A stretch of 63,403 bases of DNA, the filler included, from Pirum gemmata (lineage: Eukaryota): NCBI GenBank assembly GCA_002812295.1. It is 26 parts of 26 records of this genome, joined end to end, with 100 filler letters (N's around TTAATTAATTAA, not from the genome) between each part and the next. Parts side by side here need not be neighbours in the genome. Positions count along the whole stretch, not along the records: positions 58,754 to 61,021 come from PDIN01007351.1; positions 61,122 to 63,403 come from PDIN01007352.1; 24 more parts are not named here. One strand, 5' to 3'. Under the pieces are notes generated by a model, which was not told the origin of the DNA, ran no database searches, and saw only the letters and a program-made list of their open reading frames with translations. This document shows, in pieces, positions 60,742 to 63,403 of the stretch. Within the stretch, counting starts at the first letter, position 1. Every line of letters begins with the position of its first letter. A program made the position numbers and the translations under genes.

Positions 60742-63286
60742 AATACTAATAGTAATAATGATAGTAATAGCAATAGTAATATTAATATTAATATTAATAG
60801 TAACAGTAATAGTAATAGTAAACGTAATAGTAATAGTAATAACAATAATAGTAATGGTAATAATGATAATAATAATAGTTATAGTAATAATAGTAATAAT
60901 AATCGTTATAATAATGAGGATAAAAATAGTAATAGTAATAGTAATAGTGATAGTGATAGTGATAGTGATATTAATAGTAATGTTACAAACAATAATAACA
61001 ATACCTATAATAATAATAATANNNNNNNNNNNNNNNNNNNNNNNNNNNNNNNNNNNNNNNNNNNNTTAATTAATTAANNNNNNNNNNNNNNNNNNNNNNN
61101 NNNNNNNNNNNNNNNNNNNNNCTAGTTAAAAATTCTCACATTTTTTTATATAATATGTTCGAATATTTCAAATCTATTTAATAACTATTACATTACTTAT
61201 GGTCGAAAACTGAAATTTTATAGTGAAACCCCAAAAGTCGGACGTTTTTAGTTTATTTGCACTATAGTTATAGACTACCTGATATTATGCTATATACATA
61301 AATATTACCAAATTAATACAATATGTATCCATTTAATTTAATTTGGTATATTTTATTATATATATATATTTGTTTAAAAGTTTCAATTTAAATATTATAA
61401 CCCTCCAAATAAATATTTAGAATGACAAAATATTTTAAAATGAAAAGCACAATATTAAAATTTTTATGATGACAAAACTGAAAAGAATAATAATAATTAT
61501 TATAGTCTACTGGTATAGTCTATGTTCTAGCTAGAATCCGTAACTACGGCTTTCAGATTGCACGCCAATCTTCTGAACCACTTGGCACAGGTTACTATCA
61601 GCCAAAAAAGTGTTTTTGACCAAGTTTTCGAGTGTTTTAGCCACATACAAAAAGAACAAAACTAAAATTTTTTAAAAAAACATGACTATCTTGTTTTTTT
61701 ATTTTTATCTAAGTTTTTATTTTTATTATTTTATTTTTTTTTAATTTTTTTTTCTTTACTAGATAAGAGTCTACTACTAGTAGTAGACCTGACTACTACA
61801 CTCCTGCTGGATAAAACTGCAGAAACCATTGTTTTATTTAGACTTCTATTCTTTAAAATTAAATTCTAAAAACCTTTTATCTAGCCAAATTATTATTAAA
61901 AACCAGCCATTGAGTTTTTTTTGGTTATACTATTTCTAAATGTTTGTTAGTATTTTCATTAAAATTGGAAGATTTTGAGATTTCTTCAGATTTTGAGCTG
62001 ATATGACGATCCATTGACGGGTTTTGCAATTTTATGAATTTATCCTAATTGATCATGACTGGTTATAATATTTAAATTGATATTTTTAAATCAATACATA
62101 GATAATAAAATATACTTAAATGTATCAAATGGATTTATATTGTATTTATTTGGTACTATTTATTGTATATTGTATGATGGACAAAACAACTGAAAAACAC
62201 TATAATTAATTAAACGCTTTTAATTAAGACAACTGGCATTCTTATTTTAAAAGCGTTTATGATAATTATAATAATATATGGAAATACAGCTTCAAATACC
62301 CCTACTTACCTACCCTTCGATGGTAATTTCCGGTCAAATACCACCTACCTACCTACCCCTTGACGTGACGTATTATTTATCTACGCAATTAAGAAATCCA
62401 GGTATATTATATATAATATTAAGTCTATATAAAGAAATTTCACTGCAATAAAAAAACAAAAAAAAAATCAAAAAACAAAACAAAACATAACCAACCAAAA
62501 GTTCTTTAAAAAAAAAAAAAAATTTATAAAGAAAAAAGTTCTAGGGAAAAAGTTGGAAAAACAACTCCAAATTCCAAAAATGACCAAAATTACTCCAAAA
62601 TTCCAAATTTGAAATTTTAATTAATCAAAGGATTTTATTCGTTTGTTATTATTAATTTATTACAAAAACTTGGCCAATAAAATACAACAAAAAAATACAC
62701 ACTACAACTTCCATATATATTATTATTATTTGAATACTAGAAATAATAATGTAATATTGAAATTGGGAAATCATTTTTTTTTTTCAAATAATATAATATA
62801 TAATAATTATAGCGCTTTTCATTTATTTTGCCACTCCGAATATTTATTTTGGTTGGTTATAATTTTTTAAATGACATTATTAAAAGAATAAATGAATAAT
62901 AAAATACACCAAATTAAATTAAATGGATTTATATTGTATTAATTTGGCTCTCTTTATTAATGCAAAACAACTGATATACATAGACTTTGATATGATGTAG
63001 GGAAACAGTTGGGAAACCCAGGCTGCTACTAGAGTGACTATACATTTTTATAATAGACTCTGATAAAAGAAAAATTAATAATAATAATAATTATTTTAAA
63101 GTAACAAGGAAAAACTAGTCAATTTTTTTATTATTATGATACTTACGTATACCCTAATCCTAACTCTAAATTTAATAATTTATTCTTATCATATATATAG
63201 AAGTAGTAGTAGTAGCAGTAGTAGTACAAGTACTAGTAGTAGGGTTAGGGTTAGGGTTAGTACTAGTAGTAGAAGTAGTAGTAGTG

Positions 63287-63317
<31 letters not shown>

Positions 63318-63403
63318 CAGTAGTAGTAGTAGTGTTAGTAAATATAAATTATTATTATTATTGTTATTTTGATAATCCTATTATTATTATTATTATTATT
63401 ATT

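Overview
Very AT-rich eukaryotic nuclear DNA: GT-AG introns, the standard code, TTAGGG repeats and an opisthokont-like PX exon. The organism cannot be identified from sequence alone. The window is not a locus. It is an artificial concatenation of 26 scaffolds, most about 2.25 kb, joined by 25 identical 100-bp spacers (44 N + TTAATTAATTAA + 44 N), so neighbours across spacers are unlinked. Recognisable genes or exons: sterol C5-desaturase, Delta-9 acyl-CoA desaturase (3 exons, absent as such from the ORF track), a bacterial-type PHB-depolymerase/LpqC esterase, a globin-like exon, a SIN1/Avo1-like PH exon, cNMP-binding exons, a PX exon, a sirtuin, a TPR gene, a cytochrome P450 N-terminus and several orphans including a 607-aa Cys-rich surface protein. 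The non-coding DNA holds several MITE/foldback families, two tRNA-derived tandem units, more than 15 interstitial telomeric tracts and heavy microsatellite load. The most striking signal is a recurrent local copy-and-fill pattern. Gene 3' ends are echoed as degenerate downstream duplicates in six unlinked scaffolds. CTAG/TAG/TTAGGG-rich filler sits at defined points relative to sister copies, and in one case forms what may be a new intron made of (TAG)n next to a catalytic motif. All family calls are by-eye motif recognition; no database searches were run.
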